Shown: one piece after another, positions 1 to 14,100 of the stretch
How positions within the stretch are numbered: the stretch's first letter is position 1
How the letters are laid out: every line of letters starts with the position of its first letter
DNA from: Octopus sinensis
Taxonomy: Eukaryota
Assembly (NCBI RefSeq): GCF_006345805.1
Contig: NC_043000.1
Span: 62,062,001-62,126,000, forward strand
DNA length: 64,000 bases
Direction: 5' to 3'
Program-made: the position numbers and the translations under genes
The notes under the pieces: model-generated
Seen by the model: the letters and a program-made list of their open reading frames with translations, nothing else
Database searches by the model: none
Told to the model about the DNA's origin: nothing

Positions 1-2369
1 AAAATAGTTTATAAAAACAATAGCTGTACATAATTTGTTAGTACAATAAATAGAATAATACATAAAATAATTATATATTACAGTAAAATCTACCTATAAC
101 AACAAATTTACAGTAAAATTTGGTTGAGTTTTTGCCAAGTCTTCACATTTTTAGTCTTGAACCAATGCCTATTTTTTATGTAATGAATTTACCTACCATA
201 TATACTATTCTACTTTGCATAAAACTCTAGCTATATTGGTATTTCTGACTCTCATTTTTTAAGTATTCCAATGTGTCAATATTTTAGCAAAATGATGGTA
301 TCATTTTTTAATTATAATGTAACTTTGTAAATCAAAATCAAATAATTTTTAATATTCAAATTTTATCCTTAGCTGCAATATTTAAATTAAAACTTTTCTT
401 GTTCTATACTTTACTAGATATAATAAGTTACCCTGAATTTTTCCTAGTGTAATAACTTGTACTGTAATCTTCCAGGTTTATAATCTTAAGAATATTATTT
501 ATCTTGCTCGCATTTTTCCATGTAATCCACATATTTTTCCAGGCTATGTTATTATGCTAATTAATAATGCGTCAAATGCGTCAATTAACGGTGTCGTTCA
601 TAATTTTTTCCTTACCGCAATGACGCCATTGACATTTATCAAAAGTCCCTTTATAGAACAATGTTCATAAAAAAGTAGAGAACTACATTATCACCCTCAA
701 ATTTGTGAAACAAACACTTATAACCTTTTTTTAAAACTTCATTGCGCGAGATTGATACCATGGTATTCCTCGAATTGAACTCTATCATTTAAACTTAATT
801 AAAATATAGTTTATTTTAAAATAGAAAAGTTAAATATACTTAAATCCAATTTCTTGCCATATATATTTTTTTCATATTTTACCGCACAACTTTTTAGATA
901 CAAAGTTTTGATGCATGGCAACAAAACTATGAATTTTTTCATGCTTTCTTCTATCATTGAAGCTAAGATAAATATATTTTGCTTTTAATATTAAAAGCGT
1001 TATTTAGATCTAAACTTGATTGGTGGCGGTACTTACTCTCTTATAAAGTTGCTACAAATTTTAATGTAAACATTTTTCTACTCGATCAAATCTCAATCTT
1101 TTATACCAATATGTAGCTAGAAACGAGTCCTCTTCAAAATGTTAATAGCTGTCAATTTGATCAAAAACTTAATTAGCAAAACTCTCAGCAATATGCTTCA
1201 TATGAGTAAATGGTGGCCTTAAGGATATCATTCAACTACTACCGTACTTGAATAATGAAACTAATGTTTTCCCTTACCTTACCACTGATTGATATGTACC
1301 AACACTAGGAGACCTACAAATGTTAACTTTATTTCAAATTTTCCCAATATACAAACATATATACTATTCTGCTAAAATTGTAAGAAGTAAATGCAAGTGA
1401 GAGGGATCAGTTTTCTCAATTTATTCCTGTATCCATCACAACTTCTCACCATCCATCCAACCATCCATCCAACCATCCATCCTCTCCGCCCTCTATTTCT
1501 GAGATGGCTGTGGGTGTAGAGGCCTTAGACATTTTTTATATTGTGTTGGATCAAGTGCAACCGCCACTATACTTTCCGGCTAGATTCCCAAGAGCGATCA
1601 ACTGATACTAGGGATATTATCCAACCAGACCATCTCGTTCTTAATCTACCTCTATATCTCCTGCCAGTTGGATCGGCTTGAAACATACTTCTTGAGATTC
1701 CTTTCTGCAACATTCTAACACCCTACTCTCCGAGGTAAGCACCCTCTCGAGTAACGTTATTCCGCAGAGAGATCCTTCAGAGGAACCCCATTTTGGTTAT
1801 CAATATCCGTCATCGTACACAATCGATCATTTCTCTACAGTTATGACCATATATGACGATAGGTACGAAAACTGAAATGAAAATAGCAAGTTAAACTTTT
1901 CTTCACCATCTCTTTTAATGACCCAATGCTGAAGCTAGCGCTTTACTTTGCCAGCACTGTAATTCTGGTTTCAAATTTATGCTTCTTTTCATATTCCCCA
2001 TTATTTTACCGTTGAATATAATTTTCAGATAAAGTAGTTTCCTTACAGGTAAAAATATTCAAACATGTTTAATCGCTGTAGCACTTGGTCCCTCTAGATA
2101 GTCATCTGTATAAATTTTGCACTGATTTCTTTTTACTGCTTTGTCAGTCAAAGGAGGACTGTAAACCTTTTCAATGCATGCAAGATTAGTGGGAAACCGA
2201 AATCAATTTCTGAGTGCTTGAATGTAGGGATGTGATATTTGCCTTTCGAAGTGAGGCAAAGATAGTGCTGATACTTATCGTTGAACAATCTACAGAAACG
2301 ATTTCTATATAATGATCAAATGTTTGTGCTGCACATTAGCTCACTTCCTCCATCAAATCGATGTTGCCT

Positions 2370-2535
2370 GAACAGGTAAATGGTGATCCACACGACATGT
2401 GTCCGAACTGATCGCAGAGCAATGTGAAATGAAGTGTTTTGCTCAAGAACAAAATGGGCGACCTTGTCCAGAAATTGAAAATATGATCTCACGATTGTGA
2501 CCGCAATTTCATAACCACGAGGCGATGCGCCCTCA
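2370..2535 (-). mobile_element. Degraded tRNA-derived SINE, same family as 34470-34660
   Basis: Shares GAAATGAAGTGTTTTGCTCAAGAA and ...AACCACxAxGCxAxGCGCC with 34550-34657; the reverse complement begins GGCGCA with an A-box-like xGTGGTTA. Confidence 0.55.
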
Positions 2536-3321
2536 TTTCTCCAGTAAAAGAATTCCTGAGCACGTTAGTGTTGTTAAACAAGGCGTGAGTAGTGCCAGTT
2601 GTATAATCGTTAGGTGATTATAAGATAGATAACTGTATTATGCTGGAAAATGTTTTCTGGTACGTTTCAGGTTCCACCAGGCATTTGTACGATGTATTTA
2701 CTGCTACATCAATTGTGCAACTGTAAATTAAGATCCGTTTCAAACTATTATCAGTTCCTATTTGATAATATTCATCGATCATTTATCACACTTCATCACT
2801 TCATGCCAACCTTAAGCTCCGAGATTGTGTGACATCAAAATTTAATTTGTGAGTCTCGATTAATAAATTAACTTTCAGCGAAGTTACACAATGCCTTAAG
2901 AATGATTCATCATTTAGCTTCCTGTCACATGTTGAAAAAGAAGACCTGGAGGACTTTTATTAGAACAAATGATTAATTAATTAAGAAATAAACGGTCCAT
3001 TAACTCAAAGGGAATCTTTCGGTAACAAGCAAGGCGAACTTCAAATGAAGACGTGAACTTTCAGCAATTACATCCAATAAATTATACAAGATTAGGAACA
3101 GCTTCATACTACATAACGTGCTTGGTAAATCAGTTCCATTAAAATATATCAGATAAAAAAATGTACCCATAGAAAGGACACACATTTCCTATTTTCTTCA
3201 AGCGAAGAAATGGAAAAACGTAAATTGGATAAAATAAAAGATCGAAAATAATTTGATAATATAACTCATGAAGATTCTTAGATGTAACTTGAAACCGATT
3301 AAAGTATTGAAGTGGAAAGAT

Positions 3322-3980
<659 letters not shown>

Positions 3981-4041
3981 GTTATTGTTATTATTGTTGT
4001 TGTTGTTGTTGTTGTTGCTGCTGCTGTTGTTGTTGTTGTTG

Positions 4042-4106
<65 letters not shown>

Positions 4107-4121
4107 GTTGTTGTTGTTGTC

Positions 4122-4383
4122 TTTGTATAGCTTCTAACGCTGGAGATGTACTACGGTGCCAGCTGTTCACTACCAGTGAACTAAAGTAACACCCCTTACT
4201 TTTCAAGCACTATCCGGAGTATTCAAGCGGTTCGAAGCAGTGCTATTTTCTGCAAGTGATCCACCCTTATTGCAGCCTCTATTTATTCCATGTACTTCTC
4301 AAGATTTCTGCTTACTGTTCCCAGAGTGTCCAATGGACAATCCTTGCTATATTGTCATGATGTCTCTTATATTCTTTCTGGGC

Positions 4384-4384
<1 letters not shown>
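4122..4384 (-). mobile_element. Internally deleted 3' fragment of an R4/Dong-clade non-LTR retrotransposon, family A
   Basis: Minus strand translates AQKEYKRHHDNIARIVHW (the YKxRHD..A..IHW motif after the zinc knuckle), then jumps to LGTVSRNLEKYME*IEAAIRVDHLQKIALLRTA*ILRIVLEK* (the LQKxxLLGTAxILR C-terminus of R4/Dong ORFs). Confidence 0.8.
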
Positions 4385-4431
<47 letters not shown>

Positions 4432-4432
<1 letters not shown>

Positions 4433-4979
4433 GAGTGAGAGAGCAGTGCATGCCATCAAAGTGACACTGGGGTAAGATATACGAAGCCCAATATACCCAT
4501 CATGACTACCCGTCTGATAAAGGTACACCAAGCACATGCATCACAACCATATGTGCGCGACATGGTGATCTCATATCAAGATAAACAGCACATGACCTTG
4601 CAGGTGGGGCCCAGTTAGAATTTTCTTCAGATTGAGTAGCCCATCCCGCTCAAACGGTCCCTGAATAAGGGTTGTTTAAGGATGTTGAAAGAACCACCCA
4701 TGTTTCCAGAGGTGAACTATTCAGACCCCAAAGAATCCCTCTCAACACATGGCTATGATGCTCCCCCACTACTTCTGCTCGTGATCAGAGATGCACATAT
4801 TGTCAGCCACGAAGGGACATGCTCAACTGGTTAAGGTCAAACAACTGACAAGCAAATCTGTGGTATTGAGCAGAATATTTGCTGTAGCCCATCTTTTATA
4901 CCAAGACAAAACAATGTACATGATAACACTTCCAATCAGTTAAGATCAGAAGCCATGAGAGCCACTGCCTGGTACTGCA

Positions 4980-4980
<1 letters not shown>
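4432..4980. mobile_element. ~550-bp non-coding interspersed repeat in (TTA)n, copy 2
   Basis: Homologous to 3427-3933 and more complete internally; flanked by (TTA)n. Confidence 0.8.
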
Positions 4981-5025
<45 letters not shown>

Positions 5026-5028
<3 letters not shown>

Positions 5029-5244
5029 TAGTTTTATTTTTATAGCGTGCTTTCACTTCACTACCGAGTGCAGCTCTGTGTGCCTTGGGTATGTGCTGTG
5101 ATTTGTTGTGATGCTCTGATGGTTATTGTATGGAAAGTGTTCTGCGTAGGATGTGTGCAGTGCCTAGTAGTGCAATTTTCTGTATGTTATATGTGTTTGT
5201 AAGTCCTGGTGTTTTTGTTATGTATTTGTCTGAATATTTTTTTA

Positions 5245-5246
<2 letters not shown>
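5026..5246 (-). mobile_element. 5'-truncated R4/Dong-clade retrotransposon 3' end, family B, copy 1
   Basis: Minus strand MIKKYSDKYITKTPGLTNTYNIQKIALLGTAHILRRTLSIQ*, then a ~95-nt 3' UTR with AATAAA running into (TAA)n. Confidence 0.85.
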
Positions 5247-5286
<40 letters not shown>

Positions 5287-5287
<1 letters not shown>

Positions 5288-5504
5288 GTAGTTTTATTTT
5301 TATAGCGTGCTTTCACTTCACTACCGAGTGCAGCTCTGTGTGCCTTGGGTATGTGCTGTGATTTGTTGTGATGCTCTGATGGTTATTGTATGGAAAGTGT
5401 TCTGCGTAGGATGTGTGCAGTGCCTAGTAGTGCAATTTTCTGTATGTTATATGTGTTTGTAAGTCCTGGTGTTTTTGTTATGTATTTGTCTGAATATTTT
5501 TTTA

Positions 5505-5506
<2 letters not shown>
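5287..5506 (-). mobile_element. 5'-truncated R4/Dong-clade retrotransposon 3' end, family B, copy 2
   Basis: Identical by eye to 5027-5246 at a 260-bp period, with the same truncation point; ORF 5383..5592 shows QKIALLGTAHILRR. Confidence 0.85.
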
Positions 5507-5560
<54 letters not shown>

Positions 5561-6049
5561 TGAATGTTGTGAATTGAAAGAATTATTTCCACGCCAGGCG
5601 AAATTCTACCGAAGCCAACTTTGCTTTTCGTGATCGTTTCGTGATCGATAAGTACTCGTTGTGCACTACGGTTAATGTAATCAAATAGCTCTCACATCCA
5701 GAATTTCAGGCCTTGTGCTTATGGCATAACGGTTTATATATAAATATGTGTGGATGTGCGGGAGTTAGTGTGTGTTTCTGTGACAGAAATAAAATGAATT
5801 CACGAGATGCTTTATTATTCAGACACGAAAGAATTCTTAAACAGATCCAGTGGTATAATCTTCCATGCTGTCGGTGACATCAGGAAGCCGAATACTGTAA
5901 CAGGGTTTAAACTGCATACAAAAAGTTGTCTACCTGAATATGAAATTATTACTTAAATACATACATATTTGCATACATACAAACACACACACACACACTC
6001 ACACACTCACACACACACACACATATATATATACTATATCATACAGATA

Positions 6050-6098
<49 letters not shown>

Positions 6099-6103
6099 TT
6101 ATA

Positions 6104-6989
6104 CTAGCTGGTGTACCCGATAATTCCCGGGGGTAAAGATGTTCTATTGAAACACCTTATTACTCTGATATAAGAAAGCAATTTCGTTATAACTTCCACA
6201 AAAGTTGTATTTTCCGTCACGTAAAAGTACAAAAACTGTCAACTGGATGACGGAGAGATTGTTGGAGGTTGGTGAGAGAGGTTGTCTCGGAGGTTGTCGA
6301 GAGAGATTGTCGAAGGTTGGTGAGAAAGGTTGTCGGAGGTTGGCGAGAGGCAGACATTATTCTGCTTAGGGAAGACATCTAGGAAATGTATAACTGCTGT
6401 CATTCACAGAAAAACTATTGTTTTACCAGGAGAAAAGCGCTGCTGGAGTGTTTAAGTGAAATTTAGCAACCGAGGATCGAATCCACGCTATACCTGCATG
6501 AAGCCACTATGAATACGTTGTGGAATAAAAAAAATTATCTGCTGTCATGGAAAAAGTGTAACTGTACAAATGCACAATTATCGGAGTAATGATCATTCAA
6601 AAAAGTATGTATGCATAGAAATGCATATCTTTAATGTTTAAGATTAAAATCAAGGAAGTGCAATAATAATGTTTAGCAGTTCCAAACTGGGAGTAGTGAA
6701 ATGCAGAATTAGATGGGCTGATTGTGAGAATCAAATATTGATCGCTTCACTAAAATCTGCAGGTGGTATGGGTTATTTCCCTTGGGTGTTAAAAAAATGT
6801 TATATGAGGTAGATATAAAGGTCCCTTCCAGGGGCCGTATTATTGATTTTCACAACAATCTAAGTATGTCACGAGGTTTCCAGACATGTTTTACTCACGT
6901 GTCAAGTTTCATCAAAATCAATACAACGATGTAGGAGGAATTAGCAAACAACTCCACAAACAAATACGCATTGATTTTCCACATATGTA

Positions 6990-6993
<4 letters not shown>
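6104..6993 (-). mobile_element. Non-autonomous Helitron-type element
   Basis: Minus strand starts a/TCCTACATAT and ends CCCGGGAATTATCGGG (hairpin CCCG..CGGG) TACACCAG CTAG/t, the 5'-TC...hairpin-CTAG-3' Helitron structure at an A/T site; (TA)n on both sides. Confidence 0.75.
6253..6350 (+). repeat. Minisatellite, ~21-23 bp unit, about 4.5 copies, inside the Helitron
   Basis: Repeating GAGAG(A/G)TTGTCGGAGGTTGG(T/C). Confidence 0.8.
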
Positions 6994-7026
<33 letters not shown>

Positions 7027-9044
7027 TGTGTATGTGTTTGTGTGTGTGCGTGTGTGTGTGTGTGTGAGTGCGTGCGTGTGCGTGTAGTTGCATCAAAACA
7101 CACAGGTAGCAACAATCTGCACCGGGAAAAACAAATAGAAAATAGCTCAAATAATAAAAGCAGTTTATGCTTTCAAAGAATCGATTTTCAAGGGCAGTAT
7201 TTTCCTTTGAAAAGAGAAAATATCAACTGATGAGTAAAAATAAATAAATTAGGTTTAGGGAGGAAGAGGCGAAACGAAAGGTAACGGGTTTATAGAGGGT
7301 TTATAGAGGGTTTATAGAACGAGTATGTAAAAGTTTAAAGTGGAATAATGTAAATAGACCGCCAGGAGTTTTGAAAACATTTGCGCAGATTTGAAGGAGG
7401 TAATGACGGGATAAACGTCAGACACATATACAAACACAGACAGACAGGCATACAAGTTTACATTCATACTTACACACAGTCTTCTGTACAAGGAGAGATG
7501 GAGAGAGAGAAAGAAATGATAGAAACATCTTCACGCATGCACGTGCACTTATCTACAGGGGTTATGTAAACACAAGCGGAGATACATATATTTTTATATA
7601 AAATCAACACAAAATAACTCGAAAACCTGTGTACTAATTTTAATAGTCTATAATAATACTCTAGCGTTTTATATTTATATAAATGAGCGAGTACGTGTGT
7701 GTACAAGTGTGTGTGTGCGTGCGTGCGTGCGTGCGTGCGTGCGTACGTACGTGTGTGCCTTATTGTGTATGACAGACATTTTGGCTTAGGCATTTTGGCC
7801 TCACCTAGTTACGTCGTTGATTTGGCGCTGACTTATCATTAGACGTTTTATGATTCTCTCGTTCTCTCTGTCTCTCTCTGTCTCCCTCTCTCTCTCTCAT
7901 GGTATCCCTTCCTCTCTCTTTCTTTCTCTCTCTCTCTGTTTCGTGGTATCCCTTCGTCTCTCTTTCTCTCTCTCTGACAACATGGAATAACTGCAATGAT
8001 TCACAACATATTTCAAGTGACCGAGATATTTTATAATGATTGTATCCGTCTCTAAAAGGAATGAGTCGCTTCAGACCAGATTTGGTGGAAGGTCATTTGA
8101 AATATTGAACTATCAGAGTTTAGCATTTTTGATTATACGAAGATCCAGAACCATATCCGTATGTCAATGTTCGCGCTAAGGTCTCAAGTGTAAAACTAAT
8201 TCAATATTTTGTTACTGGGAATAAAATTAAGTCATCTATTTAGCATTGCAAAATTTGAATTACCGCATAATTTCTCTAATAAGAAATGAAGGCAATGTGC
8301 ATGAGTGGGAGAACATCTTCTTGAATTTACCCCTTTATAGGTATATTCGCAAATAGGTATAATATTCGCATGAGATTGTGTTTTTATATCTGATTTACAT
8401 ATTTCGTTTTGTTTCTTGAGTACATTTTATCTCGGATGTTTATGAATGGATCGAATTATAGATTCCCAATGTTCCCCTTCTTCAGCCCGAAGCAATGTTG
8501 GTGCCATTCAAATTCTTATACAAGAGGAAGAGAGATGAAAAGAAATACTTTACAGCAGTATTCGCTATCTTATATTCATTGAATCACCTTATAATATATG
8601 CTGACAGTAGAAATAGCAATTGTAATTATTCTTGTATATAGGATTTAATTATTATCGCAGGCAATCCCAGGAAAGATTTCTCTTGAAATGTATTCGGGAA
8701 TATGTATATCATACTACGGAAATAGCTTGTTGCAAAGATTAGTTACGGAAATAGTATACGGATATGCCTTGTTAAGCGTCACCTATTTCTATCTGTACGA
8801 ATTGTTTTAATCGGTTTAAATATTAATGCAATCTATGCCGGCATATAAGCAATGCTTTGAATCTAGAAAAATGCCAATGACAACAAAAATTACCGGTAAT
8901 ATTTCCGAATATGAAATGTGAAACTTAAATACTATGCTTGTATGATGTATGAACATAAGAGCGGGTGACTACTGCAATGTCTTACTAGTATAAGTATAAT
9001 CGTTTTATAAACCGTTATAAAGATACATATACCGCATATCGTAT

Positions 9045-9053
9045 TTATATATA

Positions 9054-9104
<51 letters not shown>

Positions 9105-9113
9105 TATATATAT

Positions 9114-9200
<87 letters not shown>

Positions 9201-9203
9201 ATA

Positions 9204-9261
<58 letters not shown>
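9045..9261. repeat. (TA)n microsatellite, ~215 bp
   Basis: Direct inspection. Confidence 0.95.
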
Positions 9262-9263
<2 letters not shown>

Positions 9264-9472
9264 TGACGGAAACGATTGAGTGCTGCAGAAAATACCTTGG
9301 AGTATATGGTTATGTATATGGTTATATATAACATTTCTATATTAGTTACTGAGAAAATACGTACTAGATCAATTTTGGAGCTAATCGACTATATACTACG
9401 AACTTTAAACTTGTGTTCAGATGAAACTGAATAATTTAGCGTATAAGTTTAATATAAAATGTATTTCAAATA

Positions 9473-9651
9473 TTGATTTCAAATTTTGGCAGAAGACCAG
9501 TAATTTCGGAGGAGGGGATAAGTTGAGTACATTAACCCCAGTGTTCAGCTGGTACTTATTTTATCGACCTCGAAAGGATCAAAGGCAAATTTGACCTCGT
9601 TGGAATTTGAACGCAGATGTGAAGACGTACGAAATGCCGCTAAACATTTTT
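9473..9651 (-). mobile_element. tRNA-derived SINE with Nin/Deu-like central domain (family 1)
   Basis: Reverse-complement match to 16846-17010 (CTGGTACTTATTTTATCGACCTCGAAAGGAT..AAGGCAAA..GACCTCG). Confidence 0.75.
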
Positions 9652-10178
9652 CAGCTTATCTAGGACATAGCTGTAATATCATCCATCCACGACATATGTT
9701 TTAGTTTTATTTCTCATCCTAGCGTGAGAGATTTAAAATAGCATATAGTAAAATAAATTTACCTGTAGATCTTGTATAACATATAATATCTACTAAATCA
9801 AAAACATGAAATACACAGCGAAATTTCAGCGAAACTTGAAATCAGAGCATAGAAGAGTAACATATATTGCGAAAATGCTTCTCTCGGGATTCTATAGAGT
9901 CTACCAAAACACCATCGTTATTAATTAAGGCATAATAATCACTTACTTTGCTCGTTCTTAATCATGTAATTTCTTGTTAATTAAGTTTGTTGCATTATTG
10001 TTTTGAAGGGAACACATATTTTCCTTCTCTCGCATAGATAAAGTTAGAGAGTCCCTAGCTTTGACATGTCAAGTGTGTTAATTATATCAAGTGAACCGCA
10101 AAGCATAGGTGTTAGGAAATAAAGTACCGAATAAATAGCTAATACTTCAAATGTGCCTGTGCACGCACACATTACCAG

Positions 10179-10260
<82 letters not shown>

Positions 10261-13149
10261 TACATATATACATACATACATACATACATACATACATACA
10301 TACATACATACATACATACGTGTAAGTGTGCGCGTGTGTGTGTGAGAGGTTTACTTCTTCATGATTAGGATATTATATATGTGTATATATATATATAGTT
10401 TTTTGTATGTTGTTTTTATGGTTGCATGTTAATGTGTGCTTTTGTTAAAGCGGCTTGCTTTCAAAGCATAGAGTGTAAAGTAGAGAAAATTTGAGAAGTG
10501 GAAATACGAGCTTCACCTGACTGATTTCAAATTAACAAAAATAATGATATATAGCAAGCAATTATTCTGATCAAAGAATCTATAAGCCTACTTTGATAAA
10601 TTAATGGTTCCCATTCCCGCTGGGATTTCACAACGTTGCTGGAGTTATGAAACCGCTATTTATGCACCTTTTTCATTATTTATCGAAGCTGATCGCTTTG
10701 TCAGAGCACATAGAACAGAGCGTTCGGTATGTTTGCAAACTTTTGCTATCAACATAACTGTCATCCTATATAAGACCATATTATTTGCACTGTCCACGAA
10801 AGTGTCGATAACGCATTTCAGTTTTGATTTTCGGATTTAGGCCTTAATTGGATTTGTTTCCCGGCTTTAAATAGACTGTCAACAACAATGATAACAGGCT
10901 GTTATCTTTTATTACTTCTGTTTAAGATTAAAATGATTCATCCTTATAAAAGATTTTTCTCCGAATGAAGTAAACTAAGATTTCTATACACATATTCTCA
11001 TGACGTTTTCACGATTTTCAACTCACGCGCGGAATTACTAACATGATGTACAAAAGAAAATGATAATAGCGATTTCTATCGTTGGAACATGATGATATCA
11101 TTTCGATCGAATCCAGTAAAATACCTATGACAGATTGCAAAGAGATAAACTCGATTCAATAGAATCTTGCAGGTAATCGCAATACCTGTTTTTCTTTTCA
11201 TTGGAACACATTATAAACATCATCATCATGCTTTTATGATTTATCACCGTGTATAAACACATCGTGATTGGAGTGTAATGAACTCTCTCATACATAAGAG
11301 GTCACAATGGGAACCTAAACATATACCTATCAAGCTGTGGTATACTTAAAGTAACCGTAATTGAACAAAACAAGAATGACATATGGTGAGAAAAAACAAT
11401 AACTGACAACCTTCTATGAGCTATGCAGTATCTTATGTAAAAGACGATTAAGTTTAGATAACCTATTGAAGGTTTCTTCCTTCTTCAATGTCAGACACTA
11501 TACACTTAGTACATCCAAATCTTCTAGAAGTCACCCTTGTTACCAGTTAAGAAATTTCGTGAAACACATGTCGTATTTGAAACAAGCAAATTACTTTAAC
11601 TGAGTCTTACAAGAGAACTTTCTAAGATGCCTACCTACGACGTATAACTTCTATTTTGTATTGTCCTTTCAGAGTATTCTGCCTGGATTCTCTCTGCACC
11701 ACACATTTTTAACATTGGGGCACCATACTGTTCATTTACTTTCCCTTGCACTATTTTTCCTATACATCAATAACCTGCTTATTCTCACTACTATGTAAAT
11801 GACATCACTATTCACAAATCCATAACACTATCCATGCAGGTGTCCTTCAAATGGAACCTAGAAAATTCACGCCAAACATTATCCGTATTAACATGTATCT
11901 GGAAACGATATGTAATGTTCGTATGTACAATCATTGCTCATATAAAGGAAGTAATATGATACAACGCGCAACTAAAACCGTGAAATTCACTATAAATACT
12001 GCTTGGTCTCGGTGTTATTTCCTACTGATCCTATATACAAAATAATGCTAATTATGTATAAAAACAGTTGTTTCATATCAAGAGATAATATTTCAGTTGA
12101 TATCAATTATTGTCTTTCTCCAACTAAGAGCTTAAGTAGAAAACAGTCCTCATATATATATATATATATATATATTTATTTATTTATGAGTCGGCACTGC
12201 TGCTACACAATCGCAACAATAAGTTTAGCTAACTGATTGTCAATGTTACACTTAGCAACACTCTACAACCTCTGAACCAGAAGGAGAGCGACAATGTATC
12301 CATTGTATTGCTACAAGAATGGCTCGTCCTCCTCTGAACTGTATAACTACATACCATTCCTTCCTAAGTCTATCCATTTCATTCGTTACTCATTCTCGCA
12401 TTACTTCTACTGTATATTCGCTTACCATTTTGCCTAATCTTTCATCAATGGAACGTCAACTTATTCCCAAACTGCCCTCGTCTTTTTCCCTCTGCTGTCA
12501 CTCAAAGAATGTCCAGCGTGCACATCAAGTACATTGATTTAATTAGCCTCGTGGATCCTCTAAAGTTTATGGATGCTACATATTCTTCATACTCAGATAC
12601 TAAAATCTTATGGACTATGGTATGTACATGGCTGAAACATTTTCAACTCACGTCGGCAAGGCAAAAGGCAAAACCTAATCAGAGGCTATAATAATGCCGT
12701 CATCTAGAATGATATTCGAATATAATCCACCCACTTTCAATAAAATCGCATTAAAAAATTTAAAGCTTAATACGTCATTGAAATTCAATTATTCTCACAC
12801 AATTCTATATTTTGTGATAAATACTTTAGCCAGTAATGTGTATTGAAATAAATATATATTTATTTGGTCATATGTGAAAGAAAGAAAAAAATGTGGTAAA
12901 TTCACAGCCCTGAATTTTATTAAATATCTATCAGCACTGGTTGGCATCACGTTTACTATATAAAATATTATTGAATTAATATAGATTTAGCGAAAATAAT
13001 GTGTGAAAAATAATTAAATAATTTATCTCAACGATATAATCGGAAAATTCTTAACACATAGCAATGTTTAGCATCTTCAAGTTTGGCAAGTTTAATTAAT
13101 CATAATTGATTTTTTTCCTTTATGTTTTTCATCCTTTGTAATCCTAACA

Positions 13150-14100
13150 GTGTTCAGTTTTCATTGATAGGTTTCGATGAAAAACGAAAACTAGCTTCAG
13201 ATATTACAATGAGGGAATAAAAAATATTTACCATCACGTTAAGAACCGGCAGAAAATGTATTACTATATTTACTCTTCGCTGGAATCTACTCAAGATGAA
13301 ATGTGGAAGGAAGAAAAGTGAGAGCCAAATGATTGTACTTAATGTTGTTCCATGGGTGAATTAAACAGAAATTTCGAAATACATAAATTGATCAAGCTGC
13401 TATTATAAAATTAAATGTTGAATCTTTTCCACTAGTAATCGTTGGTAGTGATATCATCTCGAGTACATGGAATCTGAAATAACAGTGGTAGATACCATAT
13501 CAAGTTAAGACATTTTGGATGTTTTCCAAAATTTTCGACTTGAAATACTTCCAGAAATATATGTGAAGTGTTAACTGATAGACAACTAGATTATACTGTT
13601 GGCCACAAATGTAGTGAATATTCTGTCACTGTGTCGCCTATTCATACCTGTGATCTAAGCGCCTGACCACACAGAAAGCTCGGTGCCAATTCTCAAGTGA
13701 CCAAGGTCTGTAACTTTATTAAAATTCTGTCAAATGTAATGTAGATAGAATTCATTAAATCTGGCAGAAGCTTTGTACATTGAAAACAGTGTGCTTAATA
13801 GCTAGCATACCTGACAATGAAAGCAGGAGAATGACCACCAAGTGTACTTCAATTCATTTATATTTCTTCCCAACATGGTTATGTTAAGTATTTAGGTAGT
13901 TTGATATTACATTAGCTGGTGTTGCTATCAAAGAAAGGAAATAGAAATATTAGCTTCTGCATTTGTACTGTGGCTACGAATTTGGAGACTTTTCCATTAT
14001 CCATTAACCCGCAGGCAACATGAACTCTATTTTGTCTTTATATGGCTTCGAAAATTGAGATAGGAGCAAGTTATCAGAAACGAGTCAATAAATAATTAAT
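13150..14100 (+). mobile_element. Possible highly decayed hAT (ZBED1/Ac-like) transposase
   Basis: LRHFGCFP at about 13505-13528 resembles the hAT HxxCxAH motif; other motifs are only weakly visible, there are many stops, and boundaries are approximate. Confidence 0.3.

Noticed and set aside
7228-7275. CTGATGAG...CGAAAC hammerhead-like core
   Set aside because: The intervening sequence cannot form stem II; the CTGATGAG at about 56879 also lacks a downstream GAAA with stems.
8420-8550. Possible minus-strand splice acceptor and short exon (MAPTLLRAEEGEHW...)
   Set aside because: All frames close within about 30 codons, with no recognisable protein similarity and no partner exons.
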